Shown in pieces: positions 6,408-16,070 of a stretch of 64,000 bases of DNA. This DNA comes from Candidatus Nitrospinota bacterium M3_3B_026. Its GTDB lineage: Bacteria > Nitrospinota_A > UBA7883 > JBPRGF01. Below the pieces are notes generated by a model that ran no database searches, had not been told where the DNA came from, and saw nothing but the letters and a program-made list of their open reading frames with translations. The translations under genes were made by a program, and so were the position numbers. Within the stretch, counting starts at the first letter, position 1. Each line of letters opens with the position of its first letter. The DNA lies in the NCBI GenBank assembly GCA_051418015.1, contig JBPRGF010000017.1, positions 160,001 through 224,000 on the forward strand, read 5' to 3'.

Positions 6408-9323
6408 TCACGGCTCCTGATACAGGCTGAACGCACGGGCCATCTCCCTGCGGCCCGGCAGATGGAGCTCCGGTGGAACCGTGGTCAGTACGCTGAAATT
6501 TTGTGGCGTGCCGGGACATATCGCTCTGAAATCGCAGCCGCCGCACTTATCGGGATGCGGCCGCATGGGGAAATCCGACTCAAGGATACCCGTCACCGCC
6601 CATTCAATATTGGCGAGAGCGGCGTCCACCGCCTCCTGAGTGATCGGCACTTCAACCCGCTGGTTGTCCTTTAGGAGATGCACGCTGCCGGTTCTGGCGT
6701 TCTGCCCCAAAACCTGATCGGCCACCCGCGCATAGAGCTGCACCTGCAGGGCGAGTTCGGTCCAATCGAGGTCTTCGTTGGCGTCGGGTTGCTCTCCGCC
6801 TTCCACGGTCTTGAAATCGATGATCTCCGCCTGGAGTATGTTTCCCTCTTCATCTTCATGAAGCAGAAGGTCAATCGAGCCGGATATGACACAATTCGAG
6901 GCCGGAATCTCAAACACCGCTTCCACCTGACGCTCCCGCTCGAAATCGCCGCCGAAAGCGGCGACATAGTTTTCCATGATTTCCACAGCCCGATCCCTGG
7001 AATTTTCATAAGCACCCGGCCGGTTCACAGGATCGCCGCTCTGAGGAACGTGTTTCAGATGGAAAGTGTTCAACACCACCGGCTCGATCTGGTCCGGGTC
7101 GGGGGGCGCGTCCGGGTTGAGTTCATGTAGCTTCTGGATGGAGGTGTGGACGGTCCTGCCGTAACCGAACATTTCCGGAACAACCGGATTGAGACCGTAC
7201 CTCTCCCGGAACTGATAGCTTTTCGGACACTGGAGATAGTATCTGATCTCGGTGAAGCTTGTCGGATAGTCGGCGTCTTCAACCCTCCTGCGCGGCGGTG
7301 CTTGAACAAGCCCGTTCGGCAGCCCCGCGGGGTCTTGGTCCACGGCGGGATGAGTCGCCAGCCGCAACGCAAAGGGCGATTGTCGGGCCGGTCGTTTCGC
7401 CAGCGGGAGGCTTTCAGCGCCGCTCACATATAGATACCTTTCGGCCCGCGTCGCAGCCGTATAAAACAGCCTGATTTCCTCATCCGGAGTGCTCTGATAA
7501 GCGCCGCGGGTGATCGCTGGCGTCATGACGCCGGGGGGCAGCCACCCGGAGTAACGGTTCCTTCGCTTCGGAAATCTGTGCGCCTCCGCATCCACGACGA
7601 ACACGCACGGGAACTCAAGGCCTTTCATCTTGTGGACGGTGGATACCGTGACCGCATCCGGTCGCTGAAGGACATCGTCCGTGGAAACGTCATACCCGGT
7701 GTCCGCCGCGTTCTGGAGGAAGTTGAGAACCTCGGAAAACCGTTGTCTCGAGTCGACGCTCATGTAAACGGTTTCAACATCCAAAATCATGCGGCTGAAC
7801 AGGCCGATATCTCGCATGACGTCGTCGTTGAAATTCGTTCCGGCGACGTTGAAGGCCTCCAGCAGATCATAAACGAGCTGTTGCGGATAGAGCCGTATCC
7901 TCGTCGAACCTTGAGGGCGGTGAATCCGCTGAATCCAGTCGGTGAGAACCCGGACCAAAGCATTGAAGTCGGCGTTGGGATAGGCGGGCAGGACCTGGTT
8001 ATTGAAATGCTGCTGCAGAGTGTTTCGATCAAGCGGTATGTTGCGCAGCAGCTCGAAGGTGTTGCGCAGGACCGCCGTCTGGGGCCGGTCGAAAGGTCCT
8101 CCGCCAGCCTCCAAACTGAACGGAATCCCCATGTTTTCCAGAGCGGCGGTGAATGCGCCATGCCTGGGGGTGCTGTCTTGTTCCGCCTGCCGGGTGGACC
8201 GCATCAGTACCGCAAAGTCAGCGGGGGTCAACCCGTGGACGCTTCCATTGTCATCATACGCCGTTCCGAGCAGGTCACGGATTCGTCCGGCGACCCACTC
8301 CGCCTCCGCCGCACGGTCCGGGAACCATACCACCCGAAAATCCTGCGGTGATCTGTTTGCGAAAGCCGTCGGTGTTTTGGGGATTCTGCTGGGGCCCAAA
8401 GCAGCGGCCGCGAAAGCATCCGAGGCCTGTATGATCGGTTCCGTGCTCCTGAAGTTCTGCGACAGAGTATGTACGCTGCAGCCGCCGTATCGTTGCTGAA
8501 ACTCGAGAATGTTGCTGACGTCCGCCCCCCGCCAGGCATAGATCGACTGGTCATCGTCGCCGACAACAAAGAGGGAGTCTGAGCGTTGATGAAGAAGGCG
8601 GATCAGCTCCTCTTGGCAGGGGTTCACATCTTGGTATTCGTCCACCATGAGGTGGCGCAGCAATCCGATACCGTTTTCCACACCCGGTGCATTGTTTCGA
8701 ACCGCTTCCACCACGTTGCGGATCATTAACGAGAAATCGATATACTGATCCGCCCGAAGACCGTCTTGAATGCGCACAAGCAGATCCCCGAGATCCGGGT
8801 CTTCCGCTGAAACCGCGGCGAAATCCAGCAGCTCGTCGTTGGCGGTTTTCCAGGTGTCGGACGTCTGTTTGATGGTGTCGAAGTAACTGTTGCCCCTTGC
8901 GCGTCCGCGGAAGTTCTGCAATCCCAGCCGGTAATAGCGTGAAATCAGATATAGCTTCAGCCGGTTTTCATCAAGAACGTCGAACTGGCGGTATGTGGCG
9001 TCAATATCCCCCAGGATGCGCTGACAATACGCGTGAATGGTCCCGATATACATCGCCCCCATCACGGTAGGGTCAAGCCCGGCGGCCGCCAATGCCTGTG
9101 AAACGCGGCGCTTGATGGACTCCGCCGCCTTTTCCGTAAACGTGAACGCCACGATTCCTTCCGGGGCTTCACCCTGGGCAAGGAGTCTGGCGATCCGGTA
9201 GGCGAGCGTCCTCGATTTTCCCGATCCGGCGCATGCCAGACACAGCACTTCACGCACAGGATCGACGGCGGCTGCGTATTGATCCGGCGTCAACTCACTC
9301 CGTAAGACCTGGTCGATACTCAT
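6408..9323 (-). CDS. UvrD/REP (SF1) helicase fused to C-terminal PD-(D/E)XK nuclease with Fe-S cysteines
   Basis: ACAGSGKS, VDEYQD, VGDDDQSIYAWRGA, NFRS, TVHKMKGLEF, TRA; nuclease GSIDLL..IIDFKT..QVQLY with QCP and CGGCDFRAIC. Confidence 0.9.
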   Translation of the reverse strand: MSIDQVLRSELTPDQYAAAVDPVREVLCLACAGSGKSRTLAYRIARLLAQGEAPEGIVAFTFTEKAAESIKRRVSQALAAAGLDPTVMGAMYIGTIHAYCQRILGDIDATYRQFDVLDENRLKLYLISRYYRLGLQNFRGRARGNSYFDTIKQTSDTWKTANDELLDFAAVSAEDPDLGDLLVRIQDGLRADQYIDFSLMIRNVVEAVRNNAPGVENGIGLLRHLMVDEYQDVNPCQEELIRLLHQRSDSLFVVGDDDQSIYAWRGADVSNILEFQQRYGGCSVHTLSQNFRSTEPIIQASDAFAAAALGPSRIPKTPTAFANRSPQDFRVVWFPDRAAEAEWVAGRIRDLLGTAYDDNGSVHGLTPADFAVLMRSTRQAEQDSTPRHGAFTAALENMGIPFSLEAGGGPFDRPQTAVLRNTFELLRNIPLDRNTLQQHFNNQVLPAYPNADFNALVRVLTDWIQRIHRPQGSTRIRLYPQQLVYDLLEAFNVAGTNFNDDVMRDIGLFSRMILDVETVYMSVDSRQRFSEVLNFLQNAADTGYDVSTDDVLQRPDAVTVSTVHKMKGLEFPCVFVVDAEAHRFPKRRNRYSGWLPPGVMTPAITRGAYQSTPDEEIRLFYTAATRAERYLYVSGAESLPLAKRPARQSPFALRLATHPAVDQDPAGLPNGLVQAPPRRRVEDADYPTSFTEIRYYLQCPKSYQFRERYGLNPVVPEMFGYGRTVHTSIQKLHELNPDAPPDPDQIEPVVLNTFHLKHVPQSGDPVNRPGAYENSRDRAVEIMENYVAAFGGDFERERQVEAVFEIPASNCVISGSIDLLLHEDEEGNILQAEIIDFKTVEGGEQPDANEDLDWTELALQVQLYARVADQVLGQNARTGSVHLLKDNQRVEVPITQEAVDAALANIEWAVTGILESDFPMRPHPDKCGGCDFRAICPGTPQNFSVLTTVPPELHLPGRREMARAFSLYQEP

Positions 9324-9348
9324 AGTCAAAAGGGCCCTTTCCCGATGG

Positions 9349-10425
9349 TTATGTCCCGCCTTTGCTCTGCAGGGCGTTTCGTATCATTTTGGCGTGCGCC
9401 GTAATGAAAGGCGGCGGCAGCGCATTCCCGATCATCAAGGCGACGGCGGACTTGTTGTCGGTCGTCGGAAATTTGTACCGGCGGGGAAATCCCTGCAGCA
9501 AGGCAGCCTCCCGCATGGTGATCGCACGGTCCTCTTTTGGATGAAGGAATCTGCCCTTTGAGGGATTGAAACATCCACTGGTGATCGTGGGGGCCACATC
9601 ACCCCATGCCATGCGGCCGTAAACGTCTTTAAAGCCGTTGCAACGCTTGTGGCAATTCAGTTGGTCTTCCTCCGGCAGGTCGGTACGGCTTCCGCCGTCT
9701 TTTGGGATACGTTGGATCAGTTCCATGATCCTCATTGTGCGCTTTTCATATAAGTCGTGTACCGAATCGCCGCTTTCGCCCGCTTTCGGTAGGCCACCGA
9801 TAGTGTCCCTAATCGTTTTTATTCCGCGAACTGGTTTTGCAAATGGAATTTCAATCCGGAAACCCGCAAGATATATCAGCCTTCGTCGGCGTTGAGGCAC
9901 TCCGTATTCCGCTGCATTAAGAATGCGGTGATGCCCAATGTATCCGAATTTCTTCATTTGCTTACAGAAAGCAGTGAACCTTTCGTCAGCAGCCAGGCCG
10001 GGCACGTTTTCCATCATGACCGATTTTGGACGTAGTTCCTCTACGAAGCGTTGGAAGTCGAAAAGGAGATCGTTCCTTGAATCTTCAACACACCGCGAAC
10101 CATTGAGTGTCCGCATGGTCGAAAAGCCTTGGCAGGGCGGGCAGCCCGCCAAAAGGTCGAGATCACCCTTTCTCAGGTCGAGAGCTCTTTTTACAGTGGA
10201 GACCTTCAACTCTTGGATATAGACTTCCCATGTTTTCACTTCCGGGTGATTGGCTTGGTATGTTTCTAAGGACAAGGGATCGATATCCACAGCTCCCAGC
10301 ACACTGAAGCCCGCCTTTTTTAATCCGAGGGTTAATCCGCCGCAACCGCAAAACAGGTCGATCGCTGTCGGTTTTTCGTTGCCGCTGGAGGGTCGTCTCT
10401 TACTTTGTTTGGTCTTACGTCTCAT
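9349..10425 (-). CDS. DNA (cytosine-5) methyltransferase 2
   Basis: DLFCGCGG, GCPPCQGFS, ENV, QRRRR, GNALPP all in frame; ATG 10425 (MRRKTK) preferred over the upstream TTG. Confidence 0.92.
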   Translation of the reverse strand: MRRKTKQSKRRPSSGNEKPTAIDLFCGCGGLTLGLKKAGFSVLGAVDIDPLSLETYQANHPEVKTWEVYIQELKVSTVKRALDLRKGDLDLLAGCPPCQGFSTMRTLNGSRCVEDSRNDLLFDFQRFVEELRPKSVMMENVPGLAADERFTAFCKQMKKFGYIGHHRILNAAEYGVPQRRRRLIYLAGFRIEIPFAKPVRGIKTIRDTIGGLPKAGESGDSVHDLYEKRTMRIMELIQRIPKDGGSRTDLPEEDQLNCHKRCNGFKDVYGRMAWGDVAPTITSGCFNPSKGRFLHPKEDRAITMREAALLQGFPRRYKFPTTDNKSAVALMIGNALPPPFITAHAKMIRNALQSKGGT

Positions 10426-10554
10426 CGTGGAGCTTTCCTGTTTTTTGATCAGGCATACTGCCAAGCGCTTCCCGGAAATTAACAACCAATGAACAGGTAA
10501 CTATGAGAACACGATGAGAGCGATACACCCTTTGCAAAGTGCCCGTAGATCTTT

Positions 10555-11582
10555 TTAGGTCGAAAACTTGTAAAAGCATCCGTTTTGCCCCACAACTTCA
10601 CCGAGCCTTGGTGGAACGGCGTTGCCTATCAACCGCCCTAGCTTGGTGAAAGATACCTTCTCCTGGTTCGAGAAATTTATTTTCTCGGAAACGACTGCAG
10701 AATGGAACCTTCTCGAAGAGATAACCCTCTGTCCTGTTCTGGATGTCCGAAACGACCATTGCCGAAGCCGAAGTATTGTGTCGTTATGGTGGGAGAAGGA
10801 ATGTCCCATTCCATGCGCCCATAAACGCCTGGGTATGTTTTTCCACTATTTCTCTTATGACATGCGGCAATAAGGTCTTGAGGCCAATCACGCCAAGTCC
10901 CGCCAGACTTAGACGCTCTAATTCTCTTGAGGTTGAGTTCGGAAAGCCCGGCCGTCGCATGAAGAGGATCGCTTGAAGAGGCCGTCCCGGCCTCCAAAGG
11001 CTCAAGATTCCCTATCGCATCCCGAACGGTACAATACTTCTCGGGAGGATGAGAGGGTTTAAGCTCCGGTGGTTTTCCATGACGAATCGCAAGCAGAACG
11101 AGTCTTGTCCTGTTTTGAGGAATCCCATAGTCAGGGCAGAATAAACGCTCTGTATATGTCCATTGGTATTTATGACGCTCAAGAAGCTTCAAAAAATCCG
11201 AGAAGACCGCATGGCGAGCGATGCCTGGCACATTCTCCATAGAAACGACATCCGGCTTGACTTCGGAAATTATATTGCCGAAGTGATAAAGCAAACCCCA
11301 ACTTTCATCCGGACGAGCAGTTCTCGTATAGCTGGAAAATGGTTGGCAGGGAGGACATCCCGCAAGCATAGTAATATCGGAGCCGGACAAGAGTTTCTTT
11401 ATCAGGCCGGGAGGGGTCTTCGTGATGTCCTGCTCGTAAAAGGCGGTCTCGTTATTTTCAGTGTAAGGGAAATGGCAGGCTGAATCCACGTCGAACCCCG
11501 CGACCACATTGATCCCGGCGCGTCGAAGGCCATTCGTAAGCCCTCCGGCTCCGCAAAACATATCCACGCAGGAAATCATCAT
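10555..11582 (-). pseudogene. DNA (cytosine-5) methyltransferase 1, frameshifted near the C-terminus
   Basis: DMFCGAGG, GCPPCQPFS, ENV, QNRTR in frame to stop at 10677 (FPRK*); motif X LIGNAVPP lies in another frame (10555-10809 ORF). Confidence 0.8.
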
Positions 11583-11717
11583 GCCTCATCCCCGATTTTC
11601 AAAACAGGCTCGCCGAGCCTTATCGTTTCCCCTTTTTCAAATTCTAGCGCGACGCCATTAATACCCGCCTTGGACAAAAACATTCTAACCTATTCTTGAT
11701 CCAGTCTTCGATCCCCC

Positions 11718-12122
11718 TCACAACCGGTTCACCATTCTCCTGATTCCGTCCCTGAGATGCGTGGCGCCGAAGTTTATGAGCAGTCCGATTTTCCAGCGGC
11801 CGGCGCGGAGGTATGAGAGTAGCTGTGCTTCGTGGCGCCGGCTGAGTTTCGCGGCGGCTTTAAGCTCGACGGCGATCTCCCGCTCGACGACCAGGTCAAC
11901 CCTCATGCCGGCGTCGATCCTGGCGCCGTCGTAGACGACGGGGACGGGTACCTGCCGGCGGACGCGCAGTCCGCGTTTACGCAGCTCGTGCTCGAGGCAG
12001 GCTTCGTACGCGTTCTCGGTTCTCCAGCGCCCGAGGGCGGAGTGGACCTTCATGGCGGCGTCGACGATCTCGCCGCTGACAGCGTTCAGGTCCTTTTCCG
12101 TCCATCCCGGTCTTTTCGTCAT
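11718..12122 (-). CDS. GxxExxY family PD-(D/E)XK-like protein
   Basis: VHSALG....ENAYEACL, RVDLVVE..IAVELKA, QLLSYL..GLLINFG. Confidence 0.85.
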   Translation of the reverse strand: MTKRPGWTEKDLNAVSGEIVDAAMKVHSALGRWRTENAYEACLEHELRKRGLRVRRQVPVPVVYDGARIDAGMRVDLVVEREIAVELKAAAKLSRRHEAQLLSYLRAGRWKIGLLINFGATHLRDGIRRMVNRL

Positions 12123-12168
12123 GATCGTTCTCTCTCCATGTCGTTATCCCTTCTTTCCGCCATGCGCC

Positions 12169-12762
12169 TCACTTCCCCGATCGCGCGGCGAGGGTCCGGT
12201 GGACGAGCGACTTCGACACGCCGAATGTGTCGGCGATCCTCCTGACGGACGCGCCGCGGCTTCGCATCATCCTTATCTCGGCGGCGCGTTCCGGAGACAG
12301 GACGCCCGGCCTGCCGTGGCGTTTTCCCTTGGCCCGGGCGTTTGCGATGCCGGCCCGCACCCTTTCTCTTATCAGCTCCCGCTCGAACTGGGCGAAGGCC
12401 CCGAGCAGGTGGAACATCAGCCTTCCGGTGGGGCTTGTGAGGTCGAGGTTCTCGTGGTAGGAGACGAACCCCACGCCCAGGGCGCGCAGCTCGTCGAGGG
12501 TCATCACCAGGTGCCGCAACGACCTGCCCAGCCTGTCGAGCCGCCACACCAGGATCAGGTCCACCTTTCGTTTTCGCGCGTCGGCCAGCATGGCGTCGAG
12601 CTCGGGCCTGCGGTCCTTGGCGCCGGACTGGCCCACGTCGACGTATTCGCGGAACACCTCCCATCCCCTGGCGGCGGCGTACTCGCGCAGATCGCGCAGC
12701 TGCAGGTCCGCGTCCTGTCCCTTGCCGGCGGTGGATACGCGGGCGTAGAGAGCGGCCTTCAT
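12169..12762 (-). CDS. Small serine recombinase (resolvase/invertase) with C-terminal HTH
   Basis: YARVST, LDRLGRS, FAQFERELIRERV..G, GRP, HTH SVRRIADTFGVSKS. Confidence 0.92.
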   Translation of the reverse strand: MKAALYARVSTAGKGQDADLQLRDLREYAAARGWEVFREYVDVGQSGAKDRRPELDAMLADARKRKVDLILVWRLDRLGRSLRHLVMTLDELRALGVGFVSYHENLDLTSPTGRLMFHLLGAFAQFERELIRERVRAGIANARAKGKRHGRPGVLSPERAAEIRMMRSRGASVRRIADTFGVSKSLVHRTLAARSGK

Positions 12763-13064
12763 TTCTTCGTCTTCTCCTCCACGGCCGCGGCGGGGAGGTT
12801 GCGGGGAGGTTTGTATGGGATGCCCGTTTTCTTCAGCACCTTCACTGTCACCTCATGCAGGGCGACGGTGGCGGCCTCGTACTCGGCCAGCAGCGGCAGG
12901 ACCTCCTCGGCCGGCCAGCGGATAATCATCCCGTTGCGCAGCGTCCTCAGGCCCCTGTCGGCCTGTTTGGCGATGGCCAGCACGCGCCTGGTGTCCGGCA
13001 CCCGGGCGGCTATGACCCACGCGGCGTCGAATGGCCGCGCGGGCTTTTTGGGTTTATCGTTCAT
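12759..13064 (-). CDS. Hypothetical protein of the island backbone
   Basis: ATGA overlaps with both neighbours if started at MNDKPKK (13064). Confidence 0.55.
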   Translation of the reverse strand: MNDKPKKPARPFDAAWVIAARVPDTRRVLAIAKQADRGLRTLRNGMIIRWPAEEVLPLLAEYEAATVALHEVTVKVLKKTGIPYKPPRNLPAAAVEEKTKK

Positions 13065-13768
13065 GACGTTCTCCTTCTGTTCCTGTAACCGTTTACCACG
13101 ATGGAGACGGCGGGTATCGTAAGGAACGCCGCCGTCGTCATCACCACGAACCACGACGCCGTCAGCAGCGCCGGGCGCAGCCCGAGGACCGCGTAGTAGA
13201 CCCTGTCCAGCGTCTCCGTGGATAGAGTCCCGTCCAGCGCGCCGAGCGCCCAGGCCACGCGCGCGGGCGTGGTCTGGATATAGGCGAAGTGGAAGAAGAT
13301 CACGGCTATGGCCGCCTTCACCGCCGCGCCGAGCCCGGCCCCTCCCAGGAGGTTTCGTATCATCTTGCGGGAGAAGGGTCCGGCGTATTCCCTGCCGAGC
13401 GACGCCATGAAGAAGGCGTATCCCACGGGGAACCCCACGGCCAGGGCGAAAGCGAACGCCTGGTCGAACGCCGATGGCTCCGAATCGCCGAATGCCGGGA
13501 TCATCCTCTCCACCACGGCGATGGCCAGCGGGCTGAACAGCGCGCTGACCAGCCCGGAGACGAACGCGGCCTTGAACCCCACCTCGAAGAAGGTGATGGC
13601 GTTGGCCAGTGTGAAATAGTCGCCGTCGATCCTGCCGCCGCGCCGTTCGACCGCGGCGACCTGCTCGATCTCCGACACGGCCTCGACGAGCCCCTTGGGG
13701 CGCATCGGCGGGGCTCCGGCGAAGATGACGGATCCGCCGCCTCCCGACGATGAGGAGCTCTCAGCCAT
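13061..13768 (-). CDS. Multi-pass membrane protein (conjugation-associated hypothetical)
   Basis: About four hydrophobic segments; coupled within the transfer operon. Confidence 0.65.
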   Translation of the reverse strand: MAESSSSSGGGGSVIFAGAPPMRPKGLVEAVSEIEQVAAVERRGGRIDGDYFTLANAITFFEVGFKAAFVSGLVSALFSPLAIAVVERMIPAFGDSEPSAFDQAFAFALAVGFPVGYAFFMASLGREYAGPFSRKMIRNLLGGAGLGAAVKAAIAVIFFHFAYIQTTPARVAWALGALDGTLSTETLDRVYYAVLGLRPALLTASWFVVMTTAAFLTIPAVSIVVNGYRNRRRTS

Positions 13769-14015
13769 CGATCACTCCCACGAGCTCGAGGACCCACGCG
13801 CCGTAAGTGAATACGCAGGCCACGAGGAAAAGCCACAGCGCCACGAGGAACTGCTGGCGGCGCACGCCGTACCAGAAGGACATAACCAGCGCCGCCGTGG
13901 CAAAAGTCCTCGCCCAGAACCCCCGCAGCGTCGTGGCGAACAGCGCGTCCCAGAAAGACAGATACTCCTCCGGGGAGAAATGGCGCAGGGGGTCCAGGCC
14001 GTCCAGCGGGCTCAC
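13761..14015 (-). CDS. Small two-TM membrane protein (possibly pilin/VirB2-like)
   Basis: GTG start overlapping the HD-GYP stop (GTGA); hydrophobic C-terminal part of the 13761..14624 ORF. Confidence 0.5.
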   Translation of the reverse strand: MSPLDGLDPLRHFSPEEYLSFWDALFATTLRGFWARTFATAALVMSFWYGVRRQQFLVALWLFLVACVFTYGAWVLELVGVIDG

Positions 14016-14737
14016 GGCGCTTCCTCCCCGGCCTGCCCGCAGAACGCGCGGTCGAGGCATCGCGAACACCCCGAATCCCCCCACAACTCCAGCGTGTCCC
14101 ACTGGGCGCAGGCCGGTACCGCGGACGGCGGCGGCCAGGTCCTGACGATCCGCTCGACGGCGCCCCTTTCGCCGAGCCGCTCCCACGCCGCCGTGACGGC
14201 GGAGTCGAACGCGGCCCCGGCAAGGTCCAGTACCTCCCGCATGGCCTTTTCGATGGGCCAGGCGGGTTTGTACGGTCTTGCCGACACCAGCGCGTCGAAG
14301 ACGTCGGCGACGGCGGCTATGCGGGCGCATAGGGGGATATCCTCCCCGGCCAGGCCGTCCGGATATCCCTTCCCGTCCCACCGCTCGTGGTGGCTTCTCG
14401 ACACCGTCCGGGCCGTCCCGAAAGCCTCGTCGGCCGGGATGATCCAGGAGCCGTCTATCGTGTGGCGTTTTACGATCCTGTACTCGACGGCGGTCAGGGG
14501 GGCGGTCTTGGCCAGTATGGCGGAGGGTATTGTCAGCTTGCCCACGTCGTGGGCCAGGGCGGCGATCCCCATCTCCACCGTCTCGCGCCGGGTCATGCCG
14601 AGTTCGAGGCTTAGGACCTCGCAATAGGCTCGGACGCGGCGCAGGTGGTTGCCGGTGTGCCCGTCCCGCCGCTCGGCCAGGCCGGCCAGCGACACGACCA
14701 CGTCGCGCCGAATCGAAAAGATCCTTCGCTCAGTCAT
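14012..14737 (-). CDS. Stand-alone HD-GYP phosphodiesterase
   Basis: RDGHTGNH, HDVGKL, HHERWDGKGYPDGL, ADVFDAL..RPYK. Confidence 0.9.
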   Translation of the reverse strand: MTERRIFSIRRDVVVSLAGLAERRDGHTGNHLRRVRAYCEVLSLELGMTRRETVEMGIAALAHDVGKLTIPSAILAKTAPLTAVEYRIVKRHTIDGSWIIPADEAFGTARTVSRSHHERWDGKGYPDGLAGEDIPLCARIAAVADVFDALVSARPYKPAWPIEKAMREVLDLAGAAFDSAVTAAWERLGERGAVERIVRTWPPPSAVPACAQWDTLELWGDSGCSRCLDRAFCGQAGEEAP

Positions 14738-16061
14738 ATTTCGGACTGACCTCCTTTATCCGGCGGATTTTGCCTTCCTTGGCATCCTCCAGCTCGGAGA
14801 CCGTTTTCGCGAACGCCTCGGCCCTGAAGGGGGTGTAGAACCCTTTCATCTCGTACCCGTCGTCCATCGTGACGACGAACTGTCCGCCGAAATAGCTTTC
14901 CTTCACCAGGTCTTCGGCGACGGCGCCGTGGGCGCGCATCCGGTTGACTACGGAATAGATGACGCTTCGCCTGCCCTCCTCGTCGGCGGCGGCCAGGCGG
15001 ATGACCGGGTCCTCCGGGTTCATATCCTTCACCACAGCCCACACCGTCTTCGGCTGTATGTAGACGCAGCCGTCCGGCATGGAGAAGGCCGACCACCTCC
15101 CCCCTTCCATTTTGTTGATCCTCGGTTTGATCCGCTCGATGAAGACGGCCGGGGAGAACCACGGCAGGGAGACGTCCTCCGGCGCCCAGGAGGGTTTCTC
15201 GCGCCGTTCGGGTCTGGCGCGGGGGCCGGGCGCCATGGCGGGTCCGGCGGGCGGGACAGGAGGCGCGGATGCCCGTTCGGCCTCCTGTACGGATGGCTTG
15301 TCCGCCGGGGCCACGATGGCCGCCAGCTCGCGGCGGCGCGCCCGCTGGTCCGCCTCCCGCAGCGCCCTGGGGAACTCCTCGCGGGGTTTGCCGTGATGGT
15401 CGCGGATGGCCGACAGAACGTCCCGGGCGTAGCTCAGCCCGGAAAAACCCTCGATCCCCTCCAGCATGGCGAGGCTGAACACGGTGTGATCTCCCAGGGA
15501 GTAGCCGGAGGCGCGGCTTCCCGGCAGCTTGCCGAGATCGTGCCCCAGGGCGGTCATGACCGCCCTGGCTTTCGCCGCGGGGCCCGTTCCCACCAGGGCG
15601 ATCATCTCTTCGGCGACGTTCATGGAGTGGTCCGCGAGGGTGACACCCGCCAGGGCGTCGAAGGTGTTCCTGTCGAGCTTTCCCTCCTCCTCGGCTTCCC
15701 CGCCGGCCACCGACGGGCAGGCTCCCCCGGAGTCGAGCAGCCTCAGAAGCTCGAGGATCACCTCCCCGGCGGGACCGGCGAAGTACGGCCTGCCCTCGAC
15801 GTGTTCGGCGTAAAAATCCCGTATCCGCCGGTTTCCGAACCGGACGGGTTCTTTTTTCTCTTCGTCCCGGGACTCTACGTTGTCCCGCCAGAGCCTGGCT
15901 ATCTCCTCCATGCGAAGGGCCGCCTCCTTTCGTTTGCTCCACAGCCCCGCTATGCGCTCCAGCGCGAGGCGCCGTTTGCCGGAGCCCGGAGCCGCCAGCA
16001 GCGCCAGCGGGGCGAAAATGAGAAACGCCGCGCCCAGGTACCACAGAAAGACCGTGTTCAT
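14730..16061 (-). CDS. HD-domain relaxase-like protein (MOBH/TraI_2-like) with N-terminal TM helix
   Basis: LADHSMNV, ALGHDLGKL, HHG, EADQRAR; directly after the coupling protein. Confidence 0.65.
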   Translation of the reverse strand: MNTVFLWYLGAAFLIFAPLALLAAPGSGKRRLALERIAGLWSKRKEAALRMEEIARLWRDNVESRDEEKKEPVRFGNRRIRDFYAEHVEGRPYFAGPAGEVILELLRLLDSGGACPSVAGGEAEEEGKLDRNTFDALAGVTLADHSMNVAEEMIALVGTGPAAKARAVMTALGHDLGKLPGSRASGYSLGDHTVFSLAMLEGIEGFSGLSYARDVLSAIRDHHGKPREEFPRALREADQRARRRELAAIVAPADKPSVQEAERASAPPVPPAGPAMAPGPRARPERREKPSWAPEDVSLPWFSPAVFIERIKPRINKMEGGRWSAFSMPDGCVYIQPKTVWAVVKDMNPEDPVIRLAAADEEGRRSVIYSVVNRMRAHGAVAEDLVKESYFGGQFVVTMDDGYEMKGFYTPFRAEAFAKTVSELEDAKEGKIRRIKEVSPKYD

Positions 16062-16070
16062 CGGCGCCGG

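Noticed and set aside
10490..10555. DLRALCKGC as an HNH nuclease remnant
   Set aside because: Too short and followed by a stop; cannot be told from chance.
1076..11582. Assignment to DISARM, Hma, Gabija or BREX
   Set aside because: Signature partners (SF2 helicases, DUF1998, PLD, OLD nuclease, PglZ/PglX) are not visible; an HMM run is still needed to exclude other named systems.
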